Shown here in pieces: positions 1 through 8,581 of a stretch of 64,000 bases of DNA. This DNA comes from Acidimicrobiia bacterium (lineage in GTDB: Bacteria > Actinomycetota > Acidimicrobiia > Spongiisociales > ZC4RG35). The DNA is taken from contig DATFBM010000012.1 of NCBI GenBank assembly GCA_035253825.1, positions 22,054 through 86,053 on the forward strand, read 5' to 3'. Below the pieces are notes generated by a model, which was not told the DNA's origin, did no database searches, and saw only the letters and a program-made list of their open reading frames with translations. Each line of letters starts with the position of its first letter. Positions within the stretch are counted from its first letter, which is position 1. Made by a program: the position numbers and the translations under genes.

Positions 1-565
1 CTGAGCCCTCGATCAAACCTTCCACCAGAGCGAGGTTGAGACCGCAGGTCGCGTTCCGGTCCTGCTCGCGGAGAACGTGAAATGGACAGTTGCGGAACCG
101 GATCTCGCCATTCTCCTCGGCCGGCTCGTAGCCGGTTGCACTCAGGGCGGAATCGAGTCCGTTCTGGCCGATCTCCACCCCCGCTCGATGGGCGGCGGCG
201 GCGAGGGCCCCCTGCTCGAACCCCCGATCACGAGCCACCTCGAGCAGGATCCGGGCCGCCAGCTCATAGCGCCGGGGCGGGATGGAAACGTCATATGTCT
301 CCTCCGAGCGCCGGTAGAGCTTGGACGGCCTCCCCGCTCCGGGTCCGGCCCGGCCGCCGAGGCGACGAAACTCCACATCGAGCAACCCGTCATCAGCCAT
401 CCGGTCGAGGTGATAAGCGGCCACTTGCCGTGAGACATCCAATGCTTCGGCGGCCTCGTCGCGGCTGACGGGCTCGGAAGCGGCGACAACGAATTCGTAC
501 AAAGCCCGACGGAGGGGCTCTCCCAGGGTTGCCACCACTTCGAGGTCGTCATCGACCCGGTTCAC
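1..565 (-). CDS. Winged-helix (ArsR/MarR-like) transcriptional regulator, partial (3' end outside window)
   Basis: This open frame is absent from the ORF track because it runs off the window. GTG at 565 is preceded by AAGGGA. Translation MNRVDDDLEVVATLGEPLRRALYEFVVAASEPVSRDEAAEALDVSRQVAAYHLDRMADDGLLDVEF... has a wHTH layout. The listed ORF 142..552 is the same DNA read out of frame. Confidence 0.6.
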   Translation of the reverse strand, partial: MNRVDDDLEVVATLGEPLRRALYEFVVAASEPVSRDEAAEALDVSRQVAAYHLDRMADDGLLDVEFRRLGGRAGPGAGRPSKLYRRSEETYDVSIPPRRYELAARILLEVARDRGFEQGALAAAAHRAGVEIGQNGLDSALSATGYEPAEENGEIRFRNCPFHVLREQDRNATCGLNLALVEGLIEGS

Positions 566-575
566 ATGCAATCCC

Positions 576-644
576 TTCTAAAACGTGTACTTCTCGATAT
601 TACAAGCCCACGTCTTCTATGTCGAATGTCGATTGATTTTAGAA
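576..644. promoter_or_regulatory. AT-rich spacer with inverted repeat TTCTAAAA / TTTTAGAA
   Basis: TTCTAAAA (576-583) and TTTTAGAA (637-644). Extended arms CCCTTCTAAAA / TTTTAGAAAGGG pair with one bulge. The left arm overlaps the RBS of the wHTH regulator gene. Confidence 0.35.
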
Positions 645-660
645 AGGGACGTTCCGGGAC

Positions 661-1395
661 TCAGCGCCCCTTCCACACCCCAACGGCCTCGAACCGAAGG
701 GGAATGTCGACCAGAATCAGCTCGCTCGGATCTTCGGCGGAGTAGATGATCTCCTCGGGCCCGCTCACCTTGGCGGCATCACCGGTGCTCATCGATCGAC
801 CGTTCAGCGACCCTCGACCACTGATCAGATATAGATAGACGCCGCGGCCCTCATCGGTCGGCTGAGTGACCACGGCTTGTGGATCGAGAGCCGCCACGTA
901 GACAAAGGCGTCCTGATGAACTCTGGCTGCGAGCCCTCCTTGGGGCGAGACCACAGTGAGCAGTTGGTTGGTCCGGTCGTCTCGGGTGAAGACCCTTTGC
1001 TCAACTCCAGGAGTGAGGTCAGGCGTGTCGGGGAGGATCCAAATCTGAATGAAGCGCATCGGCTCTTCCGCAGAGGCGTTGCGTTCTGAGTGAAGAGCAC
1101 CAGAGCCAAGCGACATCACCTGGACCGACCCGGCCGGGAGCGGACCGAAGGGGCCGCCGATGTTGTCCTCGTGGCCGAACAAGCCCTCGACGACGTAGGT
1201 GATCCCCTCGACATCACGGTGCGGATGGAGGGGCCATATGGCGCCGGGGATCAACCGATCGTCGTTGAAGACCCGCATCGCCCCGAAGCCGTCGTTGTCC
1301 GGATCCCGATAGTGGTCGAAGGAGAAATGCCATCGAGCCGCAAACCATCCACCCTCAACCCGATAGATACTGGCATCGGGTCTGACCTCGATCAC
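661..1395 (-). CDS. Pirin family protein (cupin)
   Basis: 244 aa. WHFSFDHY...HPHRDVEGITYVVEG...ALHSE pirin-type cupin motifs. 4-nt ATGA overlap with the upstream HpaB-like gene. Confidence 0.85.
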   Translation of the reverse strand: MIEVRPDASIYRVEGGWFAARWHFSFDHYRDPDNDGFGAMRVFNDDRLIPGAIWPLHPHRDVEGITYVVEGLFGHEDNIGGPFGPLPAGSVQVMSLGSGALHSERNASAEEPMRFIQIWILPDTPDLTPGVEQRVFTRDDRTNQLLTVVSPQGGLAARVHQDAFVYVAALDPQAVVTQPTDEGRGVYLYLISGRGSLNGRSMSTGDAAKVSGPEEIIYSAEDPSELILVDIPLRFEAVGVWKGR

Positions 1396-2942
1396 GCAGT
1401 GATCCAGGGCCCGTCGGTCCAGCCCTCGAGGTCATACTCGGCCATGCAGGCCGCTACCAGCGCCTGCATCTCCTCCAGGCGTCCGCGCTGGCGGGCAAAT
1501 TGCAGGACATTGAGCCGGACGAGCTCGGGGCTGCCACCGTAGTTGCGTTCGTAGAGAGTGTGGCGGGAGCCGAAATCGCTCCCTACCGCGTCCCAGAGCA
1601 GTTTGAAGAGCTTGATGCGGTCGTGGGCCGAGCCGGTTGAGCCGCGGTAATACCGGTCGATGTAGGGCCGCAGCTCCTCGCTTGCCAGGTCCCGATAGCT
1701 GGAGGGAATCACGAGCGGACTCCCTCCCAGCAGATCTCCTACCGCCTGTTCCACCTTGGGCCAGGCCATGGCCCCGAACAGTCGAACCAAGACGGCGTAG
1801 TCGAGCTTGGGGATCATCATCCCCCCCGGTCCCTCCTCGGGATCGAGGGCGAGGGCCGAGGTGAGGGCCCACATCAGAGATCCCCAGCCCATCAGCTCAC
1901 CAAGTTGGGCCTGGGTGCCGCGAAAGGAGTCGGTTCCGTTGGCCTCCAAGGCCGAAGCCATCACTCCGCACATGAAGTCGAGCTTGACCGCCAGCCTGGT
2001 GCCGGCCTGGAGCGTGTATCGGTTCATGAAACCCGAGGCGGCGTAGAAACCGGTTGCCTTCTCCACATCGCGATAGACGAGTACGTTCTCCCAGGGGATG
2101 AAGGCGTCGTCGAAGATGACCATGGCGTCGTTCTCGTCGAAACGACTGGAAAGCGGGTTGTCCCACGGTGATTCGGCGGCGATTTCGAATGAGCGGCGGG
2201 AGATGAGCTTCATCCCCACGGTGTCCATCGGGGCGATGAACACCAGCGCATAATCATCGGCCTTTCCCTTCTCAAGGCTGGTGGCGGTGTTTTGCGCCAC
2301 GAAGGTGGCGTGGGTGAGGGCCGAGGCGGTCCCGAGCATCTTCGCGCCGCGCACCACCATCCCGTCGTCGCGTTCGGAGACGGCGTGAAGAAAGACGTCT
2401 TCCACCTCGTGCACCTCTCGGTTCCGGTCGATCGGCGGGTTGATGAGGATGTGGTTGAGGAAGAGCGCCTGTTCGGCATAACGCCGATACCAGTCTTCGG
2501 CGCTGGAGGTGAAGGGGCTGTAGAAGGCCGGGGCCGCCCCCAGTGTTGCCATGAAAGACGCCTTGTAGTCAGGGGTCCGCCCCATGAAGCCATACGTGAG
2601 ACGGGCCCAGGCTGCGATGGCTTCCCGGGCCTCCATCAACTCCGAGGCCGAGTAGCTCGGCATGAAGAACTTGTGGGTGATGATTCCGTGGCGGTCCTCG
2701 CCGAGCAGTCGTTGGCCGGGATCGTGGAGGGCGTCGTAGAGGCGGGCGACGGACCGTGCCGAGTTCCGGAAGGCCGGATGCTCGGTGACGTCCTCCACCA
2801 ACTCGCCATCGAGGTAGACCGAACGCCCATCCCGCAGACTCTCGAGATACTCGTCCCCGGTGAGAACCTTGACCGGTCTGCTCTCTCCCATCGGTGTCCT
2901 TTCTCGGTCGCCCCCTGCCAAGCCCGGCGTCCAGTTTGTCAC
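1392..2942 (-). CDS. 4-hydroxyphenylacetate 3-monooxygenase oxygenase-component family protein (HpaB-like flavin monooxygenase)
   Basis: 516-aa ORF. The N-terminus VKVLTGDEYLESLRDGRSVYLDGELVEDVTEHPAFRNSARSVARLYD is typical of the HpaB family. An alternative ATG at 2891 has a GAAAGGA RBS. Confidence 0.85.
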   Translation of the reverse strand: MTNWTPGLAGGDRERTPMGESRPVKVLTGDEYLESLRDGRSVYLDGELVEDVTEHPAFRNSARSVARLYDALHDPGQRLLGEDRHGIITHKFFMPSYSASELMEAREAIAAWARLTYGFMGRTPDYKASFMATLGAAPAFYSPFTSSAEDWYRRYAEQALFLNHILINPPIDRNREVHEVEDVFLHAVSERDDGMVVRGAKMLGTASALTHATFVAQNTATSLEKGKADDYALVFIAPMDTVGMKLISRRSFEIAAESPWDNPLSSRFDENDAMVIFDDAFIPWENVLVYRDVEKATGFYAASGFMNRYTLQAGTRLAVKLDFMCGVMASALEANGTDSFRGTQAQLGELMGWGSLMWALTSALALDPEEGPGGMMIPKLDYAVLVRLFGAMAWPKVEQAVGDLLGGSPLVIPSSYRDLASEELRPYIDRYYRGSTGSAHDRIKLFKLLWDAVGSDFGSRHTLYERNYGGSPELVRLNVLQFARQRGRLEEMQALVAACMAEYDLEGWTDGPWITA

Positions 2943-3008
2943 GAGATAGCTCCCTGAGTTTCGGTAATCGTCTCCTCAGCGAAGCCGCGGCTGCCAGGAT
3001 CGCATCTT

Positions 3009-3983
3009 GTGATCACCGTCGAAGGTCTCGTCAAGCACTTCCGGGTCCACCGCCGTCAAGCTGGGATGGGCGCCGGTTTACGCGGCCTGGTCCGGCGTGA
3101 GTACGCCCTCGTGCGGGCGGTAGACGGGATCTCGTTTCAGATAGCGGCGGGAGAAGTGGTGGGTTTTCTCGGGCCCAACGGGGCCGGAAAGACCACGACC
3201 CTGAAATGCCTCGCCGGTTTGCTCTACCCCGACCGAGGTGTCTTAGAGGTCGCTGGGTTTCGACCTTTTGAACGAGACCGGGAATTCCTCGGAACCATCA
3301 CTTTCGTCATGGGTCAGAGAAATCAGCTCTATTGGGACCTGCCAGCGGTGGAGACCTTTCATGCCAATCGGGAGATCTACCGGATACCCAGAAAGGAATT
3401 TGAAGCCACCCTCGATGTCGTCGTCAATCTGCTCGAGATTGGCCCCTATCTCGACCGGCCGGTGCGCAACCTCAGCCTCGGCGAACGTATGCGCTGTGAG
3501 CTGGCGGCGGGCCTCTTGCACCGACCTCGAGTCCTGTTTCTCGATGAGCCCACGCTGGGGCTCGATGTCACCGCCCAGGCCGCAGTGCGGCGATTTATCA
3601 GCCACTACAGCCGCGACTACAGCGCCACCGTGCTTCTCACCAGCCACTACATGGCCGATATCACCGCTCTCGCTCGGCGGGTATTGGTGATCGATCACGG
3701 TGTTCTCCGTCATGACGGGGAGCTCACGAAGTTGCTGGCGGAGCGGGCGCCCTTTCGCCAGATCACCGTCATCCTGGCCGCAGACGTCGACGATGGCGCC
3801 CTGGCCCGATTCGGGAAGGTGGTGAGCCGGGAAAGGTTGTCGGCAGTCATCGAGGTGCCGAGGGACTCCATCTCTACGGTTGCATCCCAGATGCTGACCG
3901 CTCTCCCGGTCTCAGATGTTGCGATTGCCGACCCACCGATCGAAGAGGTCATCGACCGACTGTTTTCCGACGGTGACGACTAG
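3009..3983 (+). CDS. ABC transporter ATP-binding protein
   Basis: Walker A GPNGAGKTT, signature LSLGERMR, Walker B LFLDEPTLGLD. Confidence 0.9.
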   Translation: MITVEGLVKHFRVHRRQAGMGAGLRGLVRREYALVRAVDGISFQIAAGEVVGFLGPNGAGKTTTLKCLAGLLYPDRGVLEVAGFRPFERDREFLGTITFVMGQRNQLYWDLPAVETFHANREIYRIPRKEFEATLDVVVNLLEIGPYLDRPVRNLSLGERMRCELAAGLLHRPRVLFLDEPTLGLDVTAQAAVRRFISHYSRDYSATVLLTSHYMADITALARRVLVIDHGVLRHDGELTKLLAERAPFRQITVILAADVDDGALARFGKVVSRERLSAVIEVPRDSISTVASQMLTALPVSDVAIADPPIEEVIDRLFSDGDD

Positions 3984-4767
3984 ATCCTTCTTCGCCCTCG
4001 TCAAGACCGAAACCGCGGTTGCGGTCGAGTACCGAGCGCGCATCCTCATCTGGGTCCTCTCGAGCGTTTTTCCCCTGCTGCTGCTGGCCGTCTGGCTCTC
4101 GGTCAAGGAGACCTCCGGCGAACGGCTCGGATGGAGCCGGGAAGAGCTCATTGGCTATTACTTCGCGGCCGCTGTGATCGCACAGCTGACATCGAGCTTC
4201 CTCACCTGGGCTTGGGACGAGGACATGCGCTCGGGAGCGCTCTCCATTCGGCTGCTGCGGCCGATGCACCCCTTCTACCAATACCTGGCCCGGGAAGTCG
4301 GTTTCCGCCTGGTTATGGCTGGCTTCCTCGTCCCCTCGCTCGTCGTCGTGACGCTGGGTTGGGATGACCTCAGCTATTCACTGACCCCCACCCGCGGCTT
4401 ATTCGTGATCCTCGCCGTGGTGAGCGGTTTCCTGCTCAATGTCCTCATCTCGATGACCTTTGCCACCGCCGCTTTTTGGTCGACCCAGATGGCCAACCTC
4501 TATTCGCTTTGGTGGGGGGCTGGGGCATTTCTCTCCGGCTGGATCGCCCCGACCGAGCTCCTGCCCGGCCCGGTGCGGGCTGCCTCCTACGTGCTCCCGT
4601 TTCGCTCTTCGATGGGCTTACCGCTCGACATCCTGGTGGGGCGCGCGACGGCGGCTCAGTCGGCGGCTGGACTACTCGTGACGGCCATCTGGTTTTTGGT
4701 TTTCATCGTGGCTTTTGTCCGCCTGTGGCGAGCCGGTCTCCGTCACTATCAGGCGGTGAGTGGGTGA
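3973..4767 (+). CDS. ABC-2 family transporter permease
   Basis: Multi-TM protein directly after the ATPase. I placed the start at the in-frame GTG 3973 (11-nt overlap with the ATPase gene) rather than the ORF-track start 3916. Confidence 0.75.
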   Translation: MTTRSFFALVKTETAVAVEYRARILIWVLSSVFPLLLLAVWLSVKETSGERLGWSREELIGYYFAAAVIAQLTSSFLTWAWDEDMRSGALSIRLLRPMHPFYQYLAREVGFRLVMAGFLVPSLVVVTLGWDDLSYSLTPTRGLFVILAVVSGFLLNVLISMTFATAAFWSTQMANLYSLWWGAGAFLSGWIAPTELLPGPVRAASYVLPFRSSMGLPLDILVGRATAAQSAAGLLVTAIWFLVFIVAFVRLWRAGLRHYQAVSG

Positions 4768-5552
4768 GACGCTATCTGCATCTATTGAGGATCTTTTGGT
4801 CGGCCACGGTTCAAGCTGAGCTGGAATACCGGCTCAACTTCGTCTCCAATGCTCTGCTCAGCCTCTTCTGGTTGGTATGGGCGGTGCTCGGGGTGGGCGT
4901 CTACTTCCGTTTCGGGGAGACCGTCAATGGTTGGTCCTATCCCGAGCTCTTGGTGGTGATGGGTTGGTTCTTCGCCGTCAACGGCTTGAGACAGGCGCTC
5001 ATCCAGCCCAACCTGGGCCGGATGACGGAGTACGTCCGCATGGGCACGCTCGACTTCGTCCTCACCAAGCCAGTCAACAGCCAGTTCATGGTGAGTTTCC
5101 GCCACCTGGGCATTTACAACCTCATGGATCCTCTGCTCGGGATCGGCCTGATGGTGGTGGCGTTGATCTGGCGGAGTGAACCCGTGGCTGCGATCGACTT
5201 GGCCGGTTGGGCGGTCCTCGGAGCCGCCGCCCTTTCAGTGGTGTACGCGTTGGCCGTGGCGATCCAGAGCCTGGCCCTGTGGGCCATCGGGGGCGAGGCA
5301 CTCGACGACCTGTTGCAAGGTGTGGTCGAAGCCGGGCGCTTCCCAGTCCAGATGTATCGGGGTTTCGTTCGGGGCCTGCTCACCTTTGCGCTGCCGGTGG
5401 CGGTGATGACGACTTTCCCGGTCGAGGCACTGCTGGGGAGAACCACTTTGGGATTGGTGGTAGTGGTTTCTCTGGTCGCTATTGCTGCCCAGCTGGGGTC
5501 CTCGCTCGTTTGGCGCCTCTCGCTCCGGCACTATCGCGGGGCCAGCGCTTAG
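4764..5552 (+). CDS. ABC-2 family transporter permease (second subunit)
   Basis: The hydrophobic protein begins VRRYLHLLRIFWSATVQAELEYRLNF. GTG 4764 forms a GTGA overlap with the preceding stop. The upstream part of the listed ORF (4476..) is Arg/Gly-rich non-coding read-through. Confidence 0.75.
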   Translation: MRRYLHLLRIFWSATVQAELEYRLNFVSNALLSLFWLVWAVLGVGVYFRFGETVNGWSYPELLVVMGWFFAVNGLRQALIQPNLGRMTEYVRMGTLDFVLTKPVNSQFMVSFRHLGIYNLMDPLLGIGLMVVALIWRSEPVAAIDLAGWAVLGAAALSVVYALAVAIQSLALWAIGGEALDDLLQGVVEAGRFPVQMYRGFVRGLLTFALPVAVMTTFPVEALLGRTTLGLVVVVSLVAIAAQLGSSLVWRLSLRHYRGASA

Positions 5553-5568
5553 ACAGCGGTGAGCCTCC

Positions 5569-6516
5569 TCAGTCAGCGGCCCGCAGCCAGGGGGGTGGCG
5601 GGGCATCGATGCGAGCCAGGGTCGACGGGACCGGTCCAAAACGCTCTTCGTTGTGGCTTTGCCAGTCTCGCCAGGCCTCTGTGATCTCTTCAGCGGTACG
5701 GGCCACGAAGTTCCACCACATCTTCAACTCCACGCCGAGGGGCAATCCCCCCAACACCAACACCCGACCGACGCCGGTCTGGGTCTCGAGCCGGAACGAT
5801 TCAAAGCCGGTGGCCAGGACGGCGAGAGAGCCCGGTTCGGCGATGGCCTCCTCGACTTTCACTGGTCGGTCAATTGGCACCACCGCGTATTCGAATTGCC
5901 GCTTGGATTCCAGCTCCAGTGGCCGTCGAAGCGTGAGATCGATGCCGATAGCAGGGTGTTCGAAGCGAGTCGGCGACACAGTTCCGTTGTGCTCGCCGAT
6001 GAGTATGCGCCCGGTCGCACCAATGAGGTCAACTTCCGGCAGATCCTCGTGGTGCTGAAAGCCATTCGATCCATTTCGGGTCGATTCGGGCTGCGCCAGC
6101 CACATCTGGGCGCCCATGATCCCCCCGGTTTCCTCGCTTGCTCGGGGCTCGATTCCTTCCTCAGCGTGGGCAATTCCCCGGCCGGAGGTCATTAGGTTCA
6201 GCTCCCCGGGAAGAATCGGCTGTTGGTTATTGAGTGAGTCGGTGTGGAGGACGGTGCCGGCGAATAACCAGGTCACCGTTGATAGTCCAATATGTGGGTG
6301 AGGGCCTACCTCCAAAGGAGGCGGTTGTTCGACGTTGTCGGGACTCATGAGGTCGACGAAGCACCAAGGCCCGATGCAGCGTCGACCTTTTGTTGGCAGC
6401 ACTCGAAGGATTCCCATCTCCCCCAGATGGGTGCTCCGTCCTTCCTTGACCTCGATGGTGCTGACCCCAAAGCCCTCGTTGGGAGGAAGGGTCGTCTCCT
6501 CGACCGGTCCGCTCAT
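5569..6516 (-). CDS. Pirin family protein (two-domain, long form)
   Basis: 315 aa. GPHPHIGLSTVTWLF...MTSGRGIAHAEE pirin motifs. Second pirin paralogue in the window. Confidence 0.85.
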   Translation of the reverse strand: MSGPVEETTLPPNEGFGVSTIEVKEGRSTHLGEMGILRVLPTKGRRCIGPWCFVDLMSPDNVEQPPPLEVGPHPHIGLSTVTWLFAGTVLHTDSLNNQQPILPGELNLMTSGRGIAHAEEGIEPRASEETGGIMGAQMWLAQPESTRNGSNGFQHHEDLPEVDLIGATGRILIGEHNGTVSPTRFEHPAIGIDLTLRRPLELESKRQFEYAVVPIDRPVKVEEAIAEPGSLAVLATGFESFRLETQTGVGRVLVLGGLPLGVELKMWWNFVARTAEEITEAWRDWQSHNEERFGPVPSTLARIDAPPPPWLRAAD

Positions 6517-6580
6517 TGCCCCGAACCCAACGGGAGAGGAGTTGCGGGAGTGCTAAACCCTCGCGGGCTTTCGTCGGCTC

Positions 6581-6889
6581 TCAAACCAGGACTTGGATGT
6601 CATCGCCTGCGACGCGCACGGGATATGACGGGACTGGCTCATCAGCTGGCGGTCTGAGCACCGCTCCGGTAGTGACGTCGAATTGGCTCCCATGACAAAG
6701 GCAGGTCACCGTGGTCCCATCGAGCTCGCCCTCGGCCAGTGAACACGCCATGTGGGTGCAGACGTCGCCAAAACCGTAGAAGGTGCCGCCGACGTTGGCG
6801 ACCGCCACTTGATTGCCGGAGACGTCGAAATTGGCAAGTTCACCCTCTCTAATGTCGCCAACTTTGGCGACCGTTGCGAAGTCGGCCAT
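6581..6889 (-). CDS. Rieske [2Fe-2S] ferredoxin-type protein
   Basis: CTHMAC...CLCHGSQF Rieske ligand motifs. Start set at MADFATV (6889). Confidence 0.8.
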   Translation of the reverse strand: MADFATVAKVGDIREGELANFDVSGNQVAVANVGGTFYGFGDVCTHMACSLAEGELDGTTVTCLCHGSQFDVTTGAVLRPPADEPVPSYPVRVAGDDIQVLV

Positions 6890-7207
6890 CGTCTGGATTC
6901 CTCTCTTCCGGAGCCTTGACAAAAGCAAGCGGGTTCTGAAGGGGACCAGACTTGCCTTTTTTCGACCTTAATGCGTAAGCCGTTCTGAGCGCTTATCGAC
7001 TCATCTCCAGGCTGGCCTGCTTCCCGATGGTCGCATCGGGCTTTCCGAGCCGCCTCGCCGCCACGTGGCAAGCCGCCCAATGATCGGGCGTGAGGAGAGC
7101 GAGGAGTGGAGGTATCTCTCGACAGGTCTCGCCAGGGGACATCCAAATCGAGGCCGACGATGCGATCCCTGCTGCACTCGTCGACTGTCATCTGATCGCC
7201 TAGCCGG

Positions 7208-8575
7208 GTGGCGGTAACGTCCGCTTCGATGACAAGCTTCCACCGGCTGGTGGCGAACACGGTTCTGGCCAGCACCACCAACAACTTCCTTTGGTTTGCC
7301 TTGACCTTTTGGGTCTACCTGGAGACCCGATCGGTCGTTGCCTCCTCGGTGATCGGAGGCTCGTACATGTTGCTTTTCGCCGGCTCCGGCATTTTCTTCG
7401 GAACCTTCGTCGACCGAAACAAGCGGAAGGCCTCGATGGTCCTATCGAATGCCGGCTCGCTCGTTTTGTTCGTGCTAGCCGGTGTGGTGTACCTCGTTGC
7501 CCCCGAGGATTCGATTCCGCAGCTCAGCCAGCCCCTGACCTGGGTGTTCGTGACCCTGGTTCTGGGAGGAGCCATCGCCGGGAACCTCCGAGCCGTGGCC
7601 CTGTCGACGACGGTGACGCTGCTCGTGCCCGACGATCGACACGACAAGGCCAACGGGCTCGTCGGCACGGCCAATGGAGTGGCGTTCGCCCTGACTTCGG
7701 TTTTCAGTGGGCTCGCCATCGGTCAGCTCGGCATGGGTCCCTGCCTGCTGATCACCATCGCCCTGACCGCCATTGTCGGCGTCCACCTGGCAACGATTCA
7801 CATCGAAGGCGACGCGGCGCCACACGAACACGACGAAGCCTCTCCGGCGGGCGCCAGCAACTTCGACCTCCGGGGGGCACTGAATGCGGTCCGAGTAGTG
7901 CCTGGCCTTCTGGCCTTGCTGTTCTTCAGCACCTTCAACAACTTCTTGGGCGGTGTCTTCATGGCACTGATGGATCCCTATGGGCTTGAACTCATGTCCG
8001 TCGAGGCCTGGGGAATTCTCCTCGCCATATCGAGCTTTGGGTTCATCGTCGGCGGTGTCATCGTTGCCCGCCGGGGATTGGGCACCAATCCGGTGCTGAC
8101 GTTGCTCCTGGTCAACGTGGTGATGTGGAGCATCACCATCTTGTTCCCGATCCGTTCGCTGATCCTCCCGCTGGCGATTGGATTCTTCCTCTACATGGTC
8201 GTCATCCCCATGGCGGAAGCCTCTGAACAGACAGTCATTCAGAGAGTCGTGCCCTATCGGGAACAGGGCCGCGTGTTCGGTTTCGCCCAGACGGTGGAGA
8301 CAGCCGCTTCCCCCGTCACTGCCTTCCTCATCGGCCCTATCGCACAGGCTTGGGTGATTCCCTTCATGACCGACGGCGCCGGAGCGCGAACCATCGGTGC
8401 CTGGTTCGGGACCGGGCCCGACCGAGGCATGGCCCTGATCTTCATCGTCGCCGGATCCGTTGGCCTCTTGATCTCCCTCCTCGCCCTCAAGTCGCGCGCC
8501 TATAAGGACATCTCGCGGAGTTATGCCGAGAAGAAGGCCGAACCCGCCCTGGCCCAGGAAAGCACCGGACCCTAA
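7208..8575 (+). CDS. MFS transporter
   Basis: 455 aa with about 12 predicted TM segments and a typical MFS loop (DRNKRK). Confidence 0.85.
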   Translation: MAVTSASMTSFHRLVANTVLASTTNNFLWFALTFWVYLETRSVVASSVIGGSYMLLFAGSGIFFGTFVDRNKRKASMVLSNAGSLVLFVLAGVVYLVAPEDSIPQLSQPLTWVFVTLVLGGAIAGNLRAVALSTTVTLLVPDDRHDKANGLVGTANGVAFALTSVFSGLAIGQLGMGPCLLITIALTAIVGVHLATIHIEGDAAPHEHDEASPAGASNFDLRGALNAVRVVPGLLALLFFSTFNNFLGGVFMALMDPYGLELMSVEAWGILLAISSFGFIVGGVIVARRGLGTNPVLTLLLVNVVMWSITILFPIRSLILPLAIGFFLYMVVIPMAEASEQTVIQRVVPYREQGRVFGFAQTVETAASPVTAFLIGPIAQAWVIPFMTDGAGARTIGAWFGTGPDRGMALIFIVAGSVGLLISLLALKSRAYKDISRSYAEKKAEPALAQESTGP

Positions 8576-8581
8576 GCGAGG

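Noticed and set aside
5207-6058. 283-aa plus-strand ORF (Arg/Gly/Pro/Ser-rich) overlapping the pirin gene. Similar long ORFs include 14902..15774(-), 31690..32562(-), 55877..56806(-), 7291..7989(+), 23466..24257(+), 40781..41923(+) and 18493..19383(-).
   Set aside because: They lie antisense to or out of frame with genes that have clear family motifs, and their composition is low-complexity. Such shadow ORFs are expected in high-GC DNA.
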